64,000 nucleotides of DNA from Phycisphaerales bacterium UBA5793 (lineage in GTDB: Bacteria > Planctomycetota > Phycisphaerae > Phycisphaerales > UBA5793). The translations under genes and the position numbers were made by a program. Shown here piece after piece: positions 24,168 through 33,578 of this stretch (position 1 is its first letter; each line of letters begins with the position of its first letter). The DNA lies in NCBI GenBank assembly GCA_002418285.1, contig DIDT01000045.1:41250-105249 (forward strand). Reading direction: 5' to 3'. Below the pieces are notes generated by a model. That model searched no databases, was not told where the DNA came from, and saw nothing but the letters and a program-made list of their open reading frames with translations.

Positions 24168-27100
24168 TTACCGCACATCGCGCCCGCCGAACAGCGAGTA
24201 GAGTGCTGGGAGGATGAACAGCGTGAGCAGATTGTCCGACAGGATGCCGCCGATGACGACCGTCGCCAGGGGTCGCTGCACCTCGGCGCCGACGCCAGTG
24301 TTGAAGGCCATGGGCACAAAGCCCAGCGCGGCCACCAATCCCGTCATAAGAATCGGCCTCAGGCGAATGAGGCGCGTCTGCTCGATCGCCTCATTGATCG
24401 AAATCCCGGCTGCGAGACGCTGGCGGATCGTCGACACGAGCACCAGTCCCGAGAGCATTGACACACCTGAGACCGCGATGAACCCCACCGCTGCGGAGAT
24501 CGTGAAGTCGAGGTCGCAGATGAGCAGCGCCACGATTCCTCCGAGTATCGCGAAGGGGGCACCTGTCAGCACGAGCAGAGAGTCGACGATACTGCCGATG
24601 CTGAAGTACAGCAGCAGCGCGATGGAAGCAATGACGATCGGGATGATGATGAACAGTCGGCGCGTGGCTCGATCGTAGTGTTCGAACTGCCCGCCGAAGG
24701 ACACGTAGTAGCCGGGCGGCATCGGCACATCAGCGGCAATTCTTTCGCGCGCCTCGGCGACGAAGCCGCCAAGATCGCGGTCGCGCACGTTGGCCTGCAC
24801 GATGGTGCGACGTTTGCCCCACTCTCGATTGATCACGGTCGGGCCATCCACAATGGAAATGCGTGCGAGCCTGGCGAGCGGAAGTCGTCCGCCATCGGAT
24901 GTCGGTACGAGGACTTCGCCGACTGCGTCGGGATCATTGCGGTAACGGTCGGGCAGTTCGAGTGTCAGATCGAATCGGCGCTGCCCGTCGCGCACATGGC
25001 CGATATGTACTTCGCCCAGTGCCGCGACGATTTCCAACACATGCCGTGCTGGTATGCCGTAGCGGGCGATGGCGTCCTGATCGACGCGCACTTCAAGTAC
25101 GGGCGCGCCGGTGATCTGTTCGACTGAAACCGAATCGGCTCCGGGGATCGAATCGACGATCGACTGAACCTGCGAAGCGATCGTCGCGACCTGCTCCAGT
25201 TCATCGCCGAAAACCAGAATGCCGACATCGGCGCGGATCCCCGCGATCATCTCGTTCATGCGCATCTCAATCGGCTGCATCATGATCGCCTTGATGCCGG
25301 GCAGCGACTGCAGATCGGTTGAGATCAGTTCCGACAGTTCGGCCTGCGACGATGCCCGGGTCCATGCTTGGCGCGGCTTGAGCGTGATGAAGATGTCGTT
25401 CTGTTCCAGCCCCATCGGGTCGGTCGCCACGGCCGGCGTTCCGAGACGGGTCCAGATGCGGTCGATCTCGTCGGAGTAGCGGTCGAGCAGGAACCGCTCG
25501 ATTCGAGCGTTGTACTCGACAGACTGGTCAATGGAGACCCCGGCCAGCCGCACGATGTTGGCGACGATCGCTTCTTCGTAAAGGCGTGGAATGAACGCCG
25601 TGCCCAGCCGCGTCGCAAGCGTGGCACCAAAGACGACGGTCAGCACACCGAACCCGGCAACGAGCCAGCGGAAGCGAAGGGCAGCGTGGACAAAGGGCCG
25701 GTAAACCCACTGCATCGCGCGCACAATCCAGTTCTCGCGTTCGTGCACGCGCCGACTGATGATGAGGCTGCACAATACGGGTGTGAGTGTGAGCGAGAAG
25801 ATCAGCGAACTGAGCAGCGCGAATACCACGGTGAGCGCCATGGGGCGAAAGAGTTTCCCTTCGACGCCTTCGAGCAGCAGAATCGGCAGGAAGACGACCA
25901 TGATGATCAATTCACCGAACATCGTCGGCTTGCGCACTTCGATCGAGGCGTCGCGCACGATGTCGAGCACCGGCGTTTTCGCTCCCGCGTCATTGTCGTG
26001 GCCGATCCGGCGGACGCAGTTCTCGACGATGATGACCGAACTGTCCACGACCAGGCCGAAGTCGATGGCGCCAAGGCTGAGCAGACTCGCGGCGACTCCG
26101 AACTGCATCATCATCGAAAACGAAAAGAGCATGGCCAGCGGAATCGCCAGCGCCACGATCAGCCCCGCGCGGAGATTGCCCAGGAACATGAACAGCACGG
26201 CGACGACAAACAGCGCGCCCAGCAGCAGATTCTCGGATACGGTGTAAATGACGTGATCGACGAGATAGGTCCGCCGATAGACGACCTCCACGTCGACGTT
26301 GTCGGGCAGGGATGGCCGAATCTGCTCAAGTCGTTCCGCGAGGCGATTGGTGACTTCATGACTGTTCTCGCCCATGAGCATAAAGCCCAGGCCGAGCACC
26401 ACCTCACCGCGACCCTGTGCGGTCACCGCGCCGCGCCGGATCTCGTGCCCCTCTCGCACCTCTGCCACGTCGGCGACGCGAACGGGCGTGCCGGACTCGG
26501 ATTTGATCACCGCGTTGGCGATCTGCTCCAGCGTCGTGGTCAGCGCCAGACCGTGCACCATCATCGACTCGCCGCCGCGCGTCACCTGTCCGCCGCCCAC
26601 ACTCGCGTTGTTTTTCTCGAGCGCCGCGGCGATCTCATCGAGCGTGAGGTTGAACTTGATTAGTTGGGCCGGTTCGACGATCACTTCGAACTGCTTGACC
26701 AAACCGCCCCACGTATTGACTTCGGCTACGCCGGGCACCTGGCGAAGTTGCGGCGCGATGATCCAATCTTGAGCGGTGGTGAGTTCTGTGAGCGAGGCGG
26801 GGTGTTCACCCTTGCCCACGACGAGATAGTGGAACACCTCGCCAAGTCCCGTCGCCACGGGTCCCATCTCAGGTCGACCGATGCCTTCGGGCAATTCGAT
26901 GCCGCCGAGCCGCTCGTTGATCAACTGTCGAGCGAAGTAAATGTCCGTGCCGTCCTCGAAGGTGACCGTCACCTGCGAGAGGCCGAACTTCGATATCGAT
27001 CGAACGCCGGACAGACCGGGCAGGCCGGAGATGGCGACTTCAACGGGAAAGGTGATCTGCTGCTCAATCTCTTCGGGCGAGAGCGCCGGCGCCACGGTGT

Positions 27101-27254
27101 TGATCTGCACCTGCACCGGCGTCGTGTCAGGAAAAGCGTCGATGGGCAGATGGGCCATCGAATACACGCCCCACGCCACGAACACGAGAGTGCCGAGGAT
27201 GACGAGGAACCGGTGGCGGAGTGACCAGTCGATGATCCAGTTGAGCATGAACAA
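24168..27254 (-). CDS. czcA: heavy-metal-efflux RND transporter, CzcA/CusA family
   Basis: 1028 aa. The N-terminus MLNWIIDWSLRHRFLVILGTLVFVAWGVYSMAHLPIDAFPDTTPVQVQINT is typical of HME-RND pumps. It has 12-TM architecture with two large periplasmic loops and is the last gene of an OMF-adaptor-pump operon. The substrate is not determinable from sequence. Confidence 0.9.
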   Translation of the reverse strand: MFMLNWIIDWSLRHRFLVILGTLVFVAWGVYSMAHLPIDAFPDTTPVQVQINTVAPALSPEEIEQQITFPVEVAISGLPGLSGVRSISKFGLSQVTVTFEDGTDIYFARQLINERLGGIELPEGIGRPEMGPVATGLGEVFHYLVVGKGEHPASLTELTTAQDWIIAPQLRQVPGVAEVNTWGGLVKQFEVIVEPAQLIKFNLTLDEIAAALEKNNASVGGGQVTRGGESMMVHGLALTTTLEQIANAVIKSESGTPVRVADVAEVREGHEIRRGAVTAQGRGEVVLGLGFMLMGENSHEVTNRLAERLEQIRPSLPDNVDVEVVYRRTYLVDHVIYTVSENLLLGALFVVAVLFMFLGNLRAGLIVALAIPLAMLFSFSMMMQFGVAASLLSLGAIDFGLVVDSSVIIVENCVRRIGHDNDAGAKTPVLDIVRDASIEVRKPTMFGELIIMVVFLPILLLEGVEGKLFRPMALTVVFALLSSLIFSLTLTPVLCSLIISRRVHERENWIVRAMQWVYRPFVHAALRFRWLVAGFGVLTVVFGATLATRLGTAFIPRLYEEAIVANIVRLAGVSIDQSVEYNARIERFLLDRYSDEIDRIWTRLGTPAVATDPMGLEQNDIFITLKPRQAWTRASSQAELSELISTDLQSLPGIKAIMMQPIEMRMNEMIAGIRADVGILVFGDELEQVATIASQVQSIVDSIPGADSVSVEQITGAPVLEVRVDQDAIARYGIPARHVLEIVAALGEVHIGHVRDGQRRFDLTLELPDRYRNDPDAVGEVLVPTSDGGRLPLARLARISIVDGPTVINREWGKRRTIVQANVRDRDLGGFVAEARERIAADVPMPPGYYVSFGGQFEHYDRATRRLFIIIPIVIASIALLLYFSIGSIVDSLLVLTGAPFAILGGIVALLICDLDFTISAAVGFIAVSGVSMLSGLVLVSTIRQRLAAGISINEAIEQTRLIRLRPILMTGLVAALGFVPMAFNTGVGAEVQRPLATVVIGGILSDNLLTLFILPALYSLFGGRDVR

Positions 27255-27296
27255 GCTCCGGGCGAAGGCGAGATTCCGGCCTGTTGCAGCAGCGCG

Positions 27297-28799
27297 TTAC
27301 TTCTTGAGGTGGTCAACTTCACAGCAGCCGGCGCCGACTGAGTTCTTGAGGATTTCGTTCTTGAGGATGAAACTGCCGCGGGACACAACCGTGTCGCCGG
27401 CCTCAAGCCCCTGGAGCACCTCATAGTGATCGCCGGCGTCGAACCCCAGCATGAGTCGCACCGGTTGGAACGTCAGCGCATCCGACGCCGATCGTCGAAA
27501 CGCCACGTTGCAGCACCCTTCCCACTGCACCGCTTCCTTTGGAAGCAACAGCGCCGCCCGATCCTCGCCCGCGTTGATGCGGGCGCGACCGAACATGTGC
27601 GCTCGAAGCAACCCACGCGCATTCTCGACCTCGACGCGCGCCCGTAGGGCCCGTGTTCCGGGATCAACGGCCGTGCTGATCCACGTCAGCCGTCCGGGAA
27701 AGACCATGCCCTTCAGTCCATCGAGCATGAGCGTGACCGGCTGGTCAAGGCGCACGGTCGTCAAGTCCAATTCGGCGAGATCCACCATTGCCCACATGGT
27801 GCTCGTATCGGCGATGGTCATGATCGCCTGACCCGACTCGACCACGTCGCCAGCGACCGCCGATCGCTCAATCACCAAGCCATCGAACGCTGCGAGCAGC
27901 TGCAACAAGGGAGACGTGTCACCCTCCGTTTCGACCGCCGCGACCTGCTCGCCGCTCAGGCCGAGGTTGCGCAGCCGCTGCCTGGCTTTGCTCGCCGTGA
28001 TGCGCGCTTCCGCGAGGCGTGTGTTGGCTTCGAGCACTTCGCGTTCGATGCCAACACCCTTGGCGAGCAGGTCCTGCTCGCGCTTCGCATTGGCTTTCCA
28101 CAGTCCCATCAACTCGATCGACTGGAGCAGATCCGATTTAGCGGATCCAAGTTCGGTGGATTCCACGATTGCGAGGGTGTCCCCGGCTCGAACGGTTTCG
28201 CCGAGGTCCCTGAGCACTTCGGTTACGACTCCGGCAGCCCTCGAGGAGACGCGGGCATAGCGGTTCGTGTTGTAAGTGACCTGCGCATTGCGTTCGATGA
28301 CGCGCACGAGCGGCCGAGGCGATACTTGAATGTACTCAAGACCGGCCGCAGCCAACGCCTCCGGTGAAGCGAGCGTTACCGGAGTCGATGACGTGATACA
28401 CCCCAGAGAAGGTTCACGCTGCCAGCGCAATTCCGCGCCGGCCGCAGTGGCGCGCCGTGAGGCGTCTTCACCCGCGTCTGGGTTGCACACCCTGCATTGC
28501 GACTCGGGCGTGTCGTGCTCCTCGCACCAGTCGCCGGCCGCGATGAACGCCGATTTCAGATAGGGCTTGCACTGCACGCACAGCGCCTCGGGCACTCCGT
28601 GCTCCTTGCACATTCCTAGCCTATCGATCCGCGTCGGGTCGCAGAAAGGACACTTGGCCCGATCGACGCCGTGCAGGCATGGTTGCCCATCGATCGCCGG
28701 CTGTTGAGCTGATGCTTGAGAGGTGACGCCAAGCGGGATCGGAGACGTCAGTGCGAGGCCGAGCGCGATGAGTACACACAGACGAAACATCGACATCAT
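27297..28799 (-). CDS. RND efflux periplasmic adaptor (CzcB/CusB, HlyD-fold) with an N-terminal 8-Cys/3-His module
   Basis: ATG 28797-28799 shares ATGA with the upstream stop and is preceded by AGGAGG. It has a signal-like N-terminus MMSMFRLCVLIALGLALT. The lipoyl/barrel regions are typical of adaptors (VSSRAAGVVTEVLRDLGETVRAGDTLAIVES...). Residues about 40-112 form a third copy of the Cys-rich module. Confidence 0.85.
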   Translation of the reverse strand: MMSMFRLCVLIALGLALTSPIPLGVTSQASAQQPAIDGQPCLHGVDRAKCPFCDPTRIDRLGMCKEHGVPEALCVQCKPYLKSAFIAAGDWCEEHDTPESQCRVCNPDAGEDASRRATAAGAELRWQREPSLGCITSSTPVTLASPEALAAAGLEYIQVSPRPLVRVIERNAQVTYNTNRYARVSSRAAGVVTEVLRDLGETVRAGDTLAIVESTELGSAKSDLLQSIELMGLWKANAKREQDLLAKGVGIEREVLEANTRLAEARITASKARQRLRNLGLSGEQVAAVETEGDTSPLLQLLAAFDGLVIERSAVAGDVVESGQAIMTIADTSTMWAMVDLAELDLTTVRLDQPVTLMLDGLKGMVFPGRLTWISTAVDPGTRALRARVEVENARGLLRAHMFGRARINAGEDRAALLLPKEAVQWEGCCNVAFRRSASDALTFQPVRLMLGFDAGDHYEVLQGLEAGDTVVSRGSFILKNEILKNSVGAGCCEVDHLKK

Positions 28800-29422
28800 C
28801 CACCTCCTTCGTTCGAGGAGCGATCGAGATCCGGATTGCACTCCAGGCACTGCGACTCGGGCGTCTCGTGTTCGGCGCACCAATCACCCTTGGCGATGAA
28901 CGCGGCCTTCAAGAAGGGCCGGCACTGCACGCACAGCGCCTCGGCGATCTCGTGTTCTTTGCAGTATCCCGCGGATTCAATCAGCCCCGGAGTGCAGAAC
29001 GGGCACTTCGCCTCCGCGATGCCATGCTCGCAGTCCGCCGCATCCGATCCAAGCGATGCGCCGGTGGGAGCAGCGCCACCGTGTTCGCCGGGCTTCACCT
29101 TCGCAGCCAGGTCGGGGTTGCAGTCGATGCACTGCGATTCCGGCGTGCCGTGTTCCGCACACCAGTCGTCGTTGGCGCGAAACGCGGCGTTGAGGTAGGG
29201 CCGGCACTTGGCGCACAACGCCTCCGCGACGCCATGCTCTCCGCAGAATCCTTCAGCGGCTACCATCGCCGGATTGCAGAACGGGCACTTCTCCTGCTTG
29301 ATCTCGTGTGGGCAGCGACCGTCGGCCGCCTGGTCCCCCGAACCGCCGGATTTCCCGCATCCGATCAGCGCGACCCAAGCGCAGACAGCCAGCAGTGCGA
29401 CACAAATCGAGTTGGTCTTCAT
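28796..29422 (-). CDS. lipoprotein made of two tandem 71-aa Cys/His-rich modules (putative periplasmic metal-binding protein)
   Basis: The signal plus lipobox is MKTNSICVALLAVCAWVALIGC. There are two repeats of C.H.....KCPFC.P.......G.C.EH...EALC..CRP.L.AAF.A..DWCAEH.TPESQC..CNPDL. It sits between the OMF and adaptor genes with 4-nt overlaps on both sides. Confidence 0.8.
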   Translation of the reverse strand: MKTNSICVALLAVCAWVALIGCGKSGGSGDQAADGRCPHEIKQEKCPFCNPAMVAAEGFCGEHGVAEALCAKCRPYLNAAFRANDDWCAEHGTPESQCIDCNPDLAAKVKPGEHGGAAPTGASLGSDAADCEHGIAEAKCPFCTPGLIESAGYCKEHEIAEALCVQCRPFLKAAFIAKGDWCAEHETPESQCLECNPDLDRSSNEGGG

Positions 29423-30930
29423 GGTCGATCCTCCGCCCCGGTCCGGGGCTTGTTGATGATGGGGTTTGATTCCTTCTGCAGTGACGCGCCGTTTCCGGGA
29501 GCGAACACGGTTTCTGGGCCGTCGATGAGTTGAGTGATCCTCGCGCGCGCGGCGGCCACTTCACCGCTGAGTTCCAACGCCGTCGTGCGCGCCTCCGTAA
29601 GTGTGCGCTGAGCATCCAATACGTCAAGAAAGGATGCGTGCCCGCCACGGTATGCCTCGGTGGTCTGCTCGAATGCGTGCGCCGCGGCAGGCAGGATCTG
29701 GTCGCGCACGGAATCCAACTGGGCGCGCGAAGCCTCGTATTCGCCGTGCACCGACGCCAGCGCGCTGAGCAGATCGATCTCCAGCGCCTGTCTCCGCTGC
29801 CGGGCCTGCATGAGCGCATAGCGGCCGGCGAGAATGTCGCCGCGCCGATCGTCCCACAGCGGCAGCGTCACGCCCACGCCGAGTTCATAGACGGCTTCGT
29901 TGCTTTCGCCCCGGTAGCCCACACCGGCGTGGAGGTCGAGGTCGAGAGTGCGTTCGGCTTTGATAGCCTCCAAGCGCGCTTGCGCCACTTCGATTTCTCG
30001 GTCCGCCACCTGCAGCGCCGGATGCTCGTCGCGCAGACGAGCATCGAGCCGGGCCAGATCAAGTGCTTGCGGCGTGGCAAGCAGTGACCCCTCCAGGCGG
30101 CTGACATCCACCGCCACGCCCACGAGTAGTGCCAGTTGCTTGCCCGCGGCCTCCTGTTCCCTGGCCAGGCGCGACCGTTGCAGTCGGATCTGGTACACCT
30201 CAATTTCGGCCTTGGTCACTTCCGTCTGCGGAGCCGCTCGTGCATCGAATCGCGCCTGCGCCGATGCGAGCGTCTGCTCGGCCAACGCGGACAACTCTGC
30301 ATTCAGGCGGTCCGTCTCTCGGATCGTGATCAGGCGGCTGTGCAAAACGTTGATCTCGCCGAATAGTTCTCGCTCCACGAGTTCTATCTGCGCCTCGCTG
30401 ACGGCCTGATCGGCGCGCGCTGCATTCCGCGCCGCATCCAGTCGATTGCCGATCACGATGGGCTGGGTGACGCCGACCATAGTGGAACCCTCGTTGAGCA
30501 CGCCCGGCCCGAACGGGACTTCCTCCGAAGACAGTTCGATCGTGGGGTTGGGGTAGAGCGATGACTGGAGCGCATGGCCCGCCGCGACCCCCACACCGCT
30601 GCGCGCGGCTGCCAGACGCGGATTGAGCCGTCTGGCCGAACTCCACAGATCAGCGAGTTGGATCGGACCCTCAGCCGGGAGTCCGACCTCGGCAGCCGCC
30701 GCAAGCGCGGAGTCCCGGCTCGCAACTTGGTCCGGGGCAGGCACACCGAGATGCGCCAAGTCTGCAACAGTTTGCCACTCAGACTCACTTGCGTCCAATT
30801 GAATTGCGGCACAGGAGCAGAGCGCTGCACTCACAGCCAGAGCCGCGACTGCACCGGCAAACGGCAAGTACCATACTGATTTCGACACACGCAACCTCCG
30901 GGTCTGGCACGTTGGACCGCCGCAGGCCAT
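29419..30930 (-). CDS. outer-membrane efflux protein (TolC/CzcC family)
   Basis: 503 aa with a two-fold repeated alpha-helical / beta-barrel OMF pattern (LNPRLAAARSGVGVAAGHALQSSLYPNPTIELS...; LEIDLLSALASVHGEYEASRAQL...). It is the first large gene of the efflux operon. The exact start is uncertain (ATG 30930 or an internal GTG before SKSVWYLPFAGAVAALAV). Confidence 0.8.
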   Translation of the reverse strand: MACGGPTCQTRRLRVSKSVWYLPFAGAVAALAVSAALCSCAAIQLDASESEWQTVADLAHLGVPAPDQVASRDSALAAAAEVGLPAEGPIQLADLWSSARRLNPRLAAARSGVGVAAGHALQSSLYPNPTIELSSEEVPFGPGVLNEGSTMVGVTQPIVIGNRLDAARNAARADQAVSEAQIELVERELFGEINVLHSRLITIRETDRLNAELSALAEQTLASAQARFDARAAPQTEVTKAEIEVYQIRLQRSRLAREQEAAGKQLALLVGVAVDVSRLEGSLLATPQALDLARLDARLRDEHPALQVADREIEVAQARLEAIKAERTLDLDLHAGVGYRGESNEAVYELGVGVTLPLWDDRRGDILAGRYALMQARQRRQALEIDLLSALASVHGEYEASRAQLDSVRDQILPAAAHAFEQTTEAYRGGHASFLDVLDAQRTLTEARTTALELSGEVAAARARITQLIDGPETVFAPGNGASLQKESNPIINKPRTGAEDRP

Positions 30931-31006
30931 AGCCGCCCGCGCACCGTGCAGGAATACTCGCGACTGCGGCGCGAGCGTTCGCGAACCTCTTGGAGTGTTG
31001 CGAGAA

Positions 31007-31471
31007 CTAGATGCGCAGCACCGTACGCATCATCAAAGGAGAGCGCTTGTGTGCCGCCACATGGCCGGCAGGACCGATCGCGGCGGGAGCGACCGGCGGA
31101 CTCTGGTCCTTCGACTGCACCTGCCAGAGTGTCGGCCCGCAATCCAGGTTTGCCGTCCGATGGATGTTGGACTTCGCCGAATGAAGCACAAAGTGCCGCC
31201 CGTGCGGAACCAGATTCAGATCGATGCAGCCACAATCAACGGGAGCATGCGCTGCACCGTAACTATTTTGCCGACCGTCCGAGTCGACGTTACTCTTTTG
31301 CTCGCCACAGCAATCTTCAACGGCGGAGCAAGCCGCAGAAGTCATGCGAATGCCAGCGCGAACATCCCGGCAGCCAATGCACAGAATGCCGCCCGAAGAC
31401 GCGGCCACGGTCTGCACAAGCACGCAGATCAGTGCGACCCAAGGAGCATGCTTTGACGCCGCGCGACTCAT
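31007..31471 (-). CDS. small Cys/His-rich membrane-anchored or secreted protein upstream of the efflux operon (hypothetical)
   Basis: Internal ATG at 31469-31471 of ORF 31007..31729 gives 154 aa: MSRAASKHAPWVALICVLVQTVAASSGGILCIGC...CSAVEDCCGE...HAPVDCGCIDL...H. It is co-directional with the OMF gene and ends 76 nt upstream of its start. The RBS is weak and I recognised no family. Confidence 0.35.
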   Translation of the reverse strand: MSRAASKHAPWVALICVLVQTVAASSGGILCIGCRDVRAGIRMTSAACSAVEDCCGEQKSNVDSDGRQNSYGAAHAPVDCGCIDLNLVPHGRHFVLHSAKSNIHRTANLDCGPTLWQVQSKDQSPPVAPAAIGPAGHVAAHKRSPLMMRTVLRI

Positions 31472-31723
31472 TTCAGGCAACCCACGTAGTTCGGTATCGT
31501 CGCACGAGTCTAGGGGCCAGGTGCCCAGATGGCCATGCGTCGGAGTCGCACGCAACACGAGGACTGCCCAACCTGGACGAAGAGAGTACGAAGCGCCAGT
31601 GTCCGAGTTGGCCTCCTTCTGGCCTCGGGTTCGAAATGAGCGGACCCCGCAAAAGGGACCGAGGATCGAATCCGAGCAGCGAGTAAGAGGCGTTCGGTTG
31701 ATCCCGAGAGCGTCAGTCGCTAT

Positions 31724-31924
31724 TTGCACGCCAAGTTCGGTGATGGACTTGCACGAGCGAAGCAGGCCATGGAGCAGCTGGCCAGGAGCATGCCCCCTTC
31801 ACAATTGGCAGACGAGGCATTTGGATTGTACGAGCAGTTCCGGCCGGAAACCCCCGGCGGAAAGAAGGGCTGGGGCGCCAAGGGGGCGCTCGACCCAAAG
31901 AAGATCCGCTCACTGGTGACGTGA
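31724..31924 (+). CDS. small conserved-looking ORF (hypothetical), start uncertain
   Basis: ...AFGLYEQFRPETPGGKKGWGAKGALDPKKIRSLVT looks like a conserved small-protein C-terminus. The frame is open only from 31688, and the listed start is TTG. It may be a truncated remnant. Confidence 0.3.
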   Translation: MHAKFGDGLARAKQAMEQLARSMPPSQLADEAFGLYEQFRPETPGGKKGWGAKGALDPKKIRSLVT

Positions 31925-32102
31925 ATCTACGAGAGTTGCAACCACTTCGTACGGTCTCCTTCCTTGACGGAATCGACCACCATCCATCGCGGAACCTCTG
32001 TGAGGCCGCGGCACTTCGCCGGGAAGCGAGTACAGTTCGGCACTGCATCGCAATGATGCAGACGCAGGCTGATTCCATTTCCCTATTCGAGAGGACTTCA
32101 CC

Positions 32103-32561
32103 ATGCCCAGTGGCGGAAACACGATTCGACTCTATCGCGTGCTGCGCTCTCCGGCTGAGCGCGTGTACCGCGCCTTTCTCGATCCGGATGCCAAGGTCAA
32201 GTGGCTCGCACCCCACGGCTTCACGGCGAAAGTCCACCACATCGATGCGCGGGTGGGCGGCGGTTACAAAATGTCATTCACCAACTTCTCCAACGGCAAG
32301 AGTCATTCCTTCGGCGGCACGTACACGGAACTCACGCCGAACAAGTGCATTCGATACACCGATACGTTTGATGATCCCAATCTGGCCGGCGAGATGGAAG
32401 TGACGATCACGCTGCGCGAAGTGATTTGCGGCACGGAGTTGCAGGTCGTGCAGGCCGGAATCCCGGAGATGATCCCCGTGGAGATGTGCCACCTCGGCTG
32501 GCAGGAGTCACTGGCTCTGCTGGCGCTGCTGGTGGAGGCGGAGATTCCCGACGGAGGGTAG
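32103..32561 (+). CDS. SRPBCC-superfamily protein, Aha1/AHSA1-domain type
   Basis: 152 aa. IRLYRVLRSPAERVYRAFLDPDAKVKWLAPHGFTAKVHHIDARVGGGYKMSFTNFSNGKSHSFGGTYTELTPNKCIRYTDTFDDP...HLGWQESLALLALLVE is the characteristic pattern of activator-of-Hsp90-ATPase-homolog-1-like (PF08327) proteins. Confidence 0.85.
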   Translation: MPSGGNTIRLYRVLRSPAERVYRAFLDPDAKVKWLAPHGFTAKVHHIDARVGGGYKMSFTNFSNGKSHSFGGTYTELTPNKCIRYTDTFDDPNLAGEMEVTITLREVICGTELQVVQAGIPEMIPVEMCHLGWQESLALLALLVEAEIPDGG

Positions 32562-32970
32562 TGGATCGCACCATCGGGCGGAGGTCGGCTAAGAGGGCGC
32601 TGGTGAGGCCGCATTCTGTTCATATGCACATTGTGCGAACAATCTGTTAATCCACATTCTGCCCACAAAGAAAAAACGCAGTTCTGAGTGCGAGATCGAA
32701 GAATCAGCGGAAAAGTGGTCTTGCGACCACCACTTTCTCGATCCATCGCGCTGGATTTGAGGTAGAGTTAATTGACGTCCGTTGGTACGCGATTTGGCAC
32801 ACACACGCGGAGGGCGGGAGGCGCAACGCCTCGCATACCTTGCTCCAAAACATCGTGACGGTCAATACACCCCACCTAAAGCAAGCCACGTCCTGAGGGA
32901 CACTGAGGCTGCACCACCTCCTGAAATCACCGCACGTACCCACGGCCGCGAAGCACAAAGGAGGATTCCC

Positions 32971-33315
32971 ATGAGACTCATCTGTATGACGACGACTGCA
33001 CTTGCCTTGGGCGCCGCGCCGGCGATTGCCGGTGTGTGCCCCGAGGCGGTCATGACCTCGGTGCGAGCCGCCATGGTGCAGTCCGCAGTGGACGAAGTTG
33101 AAGGGGCACTCACGCGGATTGCTCCGGATTTCACCAGCTTCTACATCCACCAGGCGGATGACGAGATCATGAAGCTCACGACCGACGGGAACACTGTCTT
33201 CACCCTCGACGGTGAAGAGGTGGGACGCGACCTGGCACTGGCGGAGGGTCGGCACGCGAAGGTGACCTCTGAAAAGGGGCTCGCTTCACGGGTCGAGGTG
33301 GTCACCGAGAAGTGA
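32971..33315 (+). CDS. small secreted hypothetical protein
   Basis: ATG at 32971 is preceded by AAAGGAGG at optimal spacing. The signal-like N-terminus is MRLICMTTTALALGAAPAIAG. 114 aa. Confidence 0.6.
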   Translation: MRLICMTTTALALGAAPAIAGVCPEAVMTSVRAAMVQSAVDEVEGALTRIAPDFTSFYIHQADDEIMKLTTDGNTVFTLDGEEVGRDLALAEGRHAKVTSEKGLASRVEVVTEK

Positions 33316-33578
33316 TCTGCTGGCGCATGGAGGAACGTGAATGAATACGGACCGCACCGGCGGTTCTGGTTACAACCGCTTGTGAGGGCCTCATTCACGC
33401 ACTGCTCCACCCACAACGCACCCAGCGACGAAAGTTGCTGGGTGCGTGTTACTGGAGCCCGAAGGGTCGCTCGCGACATTGGGAGTCCCGGGTTTGCGCT
33501 CGACACAAGTTGTGAAACTTGCGCGTGCCCCTTCACATCAGGCCATTGCAGCCAAGCACTGAATGGAGGAAATCCATC

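Noticed and set aside
25368-26663. 431-aa plus-strand ORF, and other long ORFs antisense to czcA
   Set aside because: It lies entirely inside the well-supported czcA gene on the opposite strand, and its translation is Arg/Asp/His-rich with no motifs.
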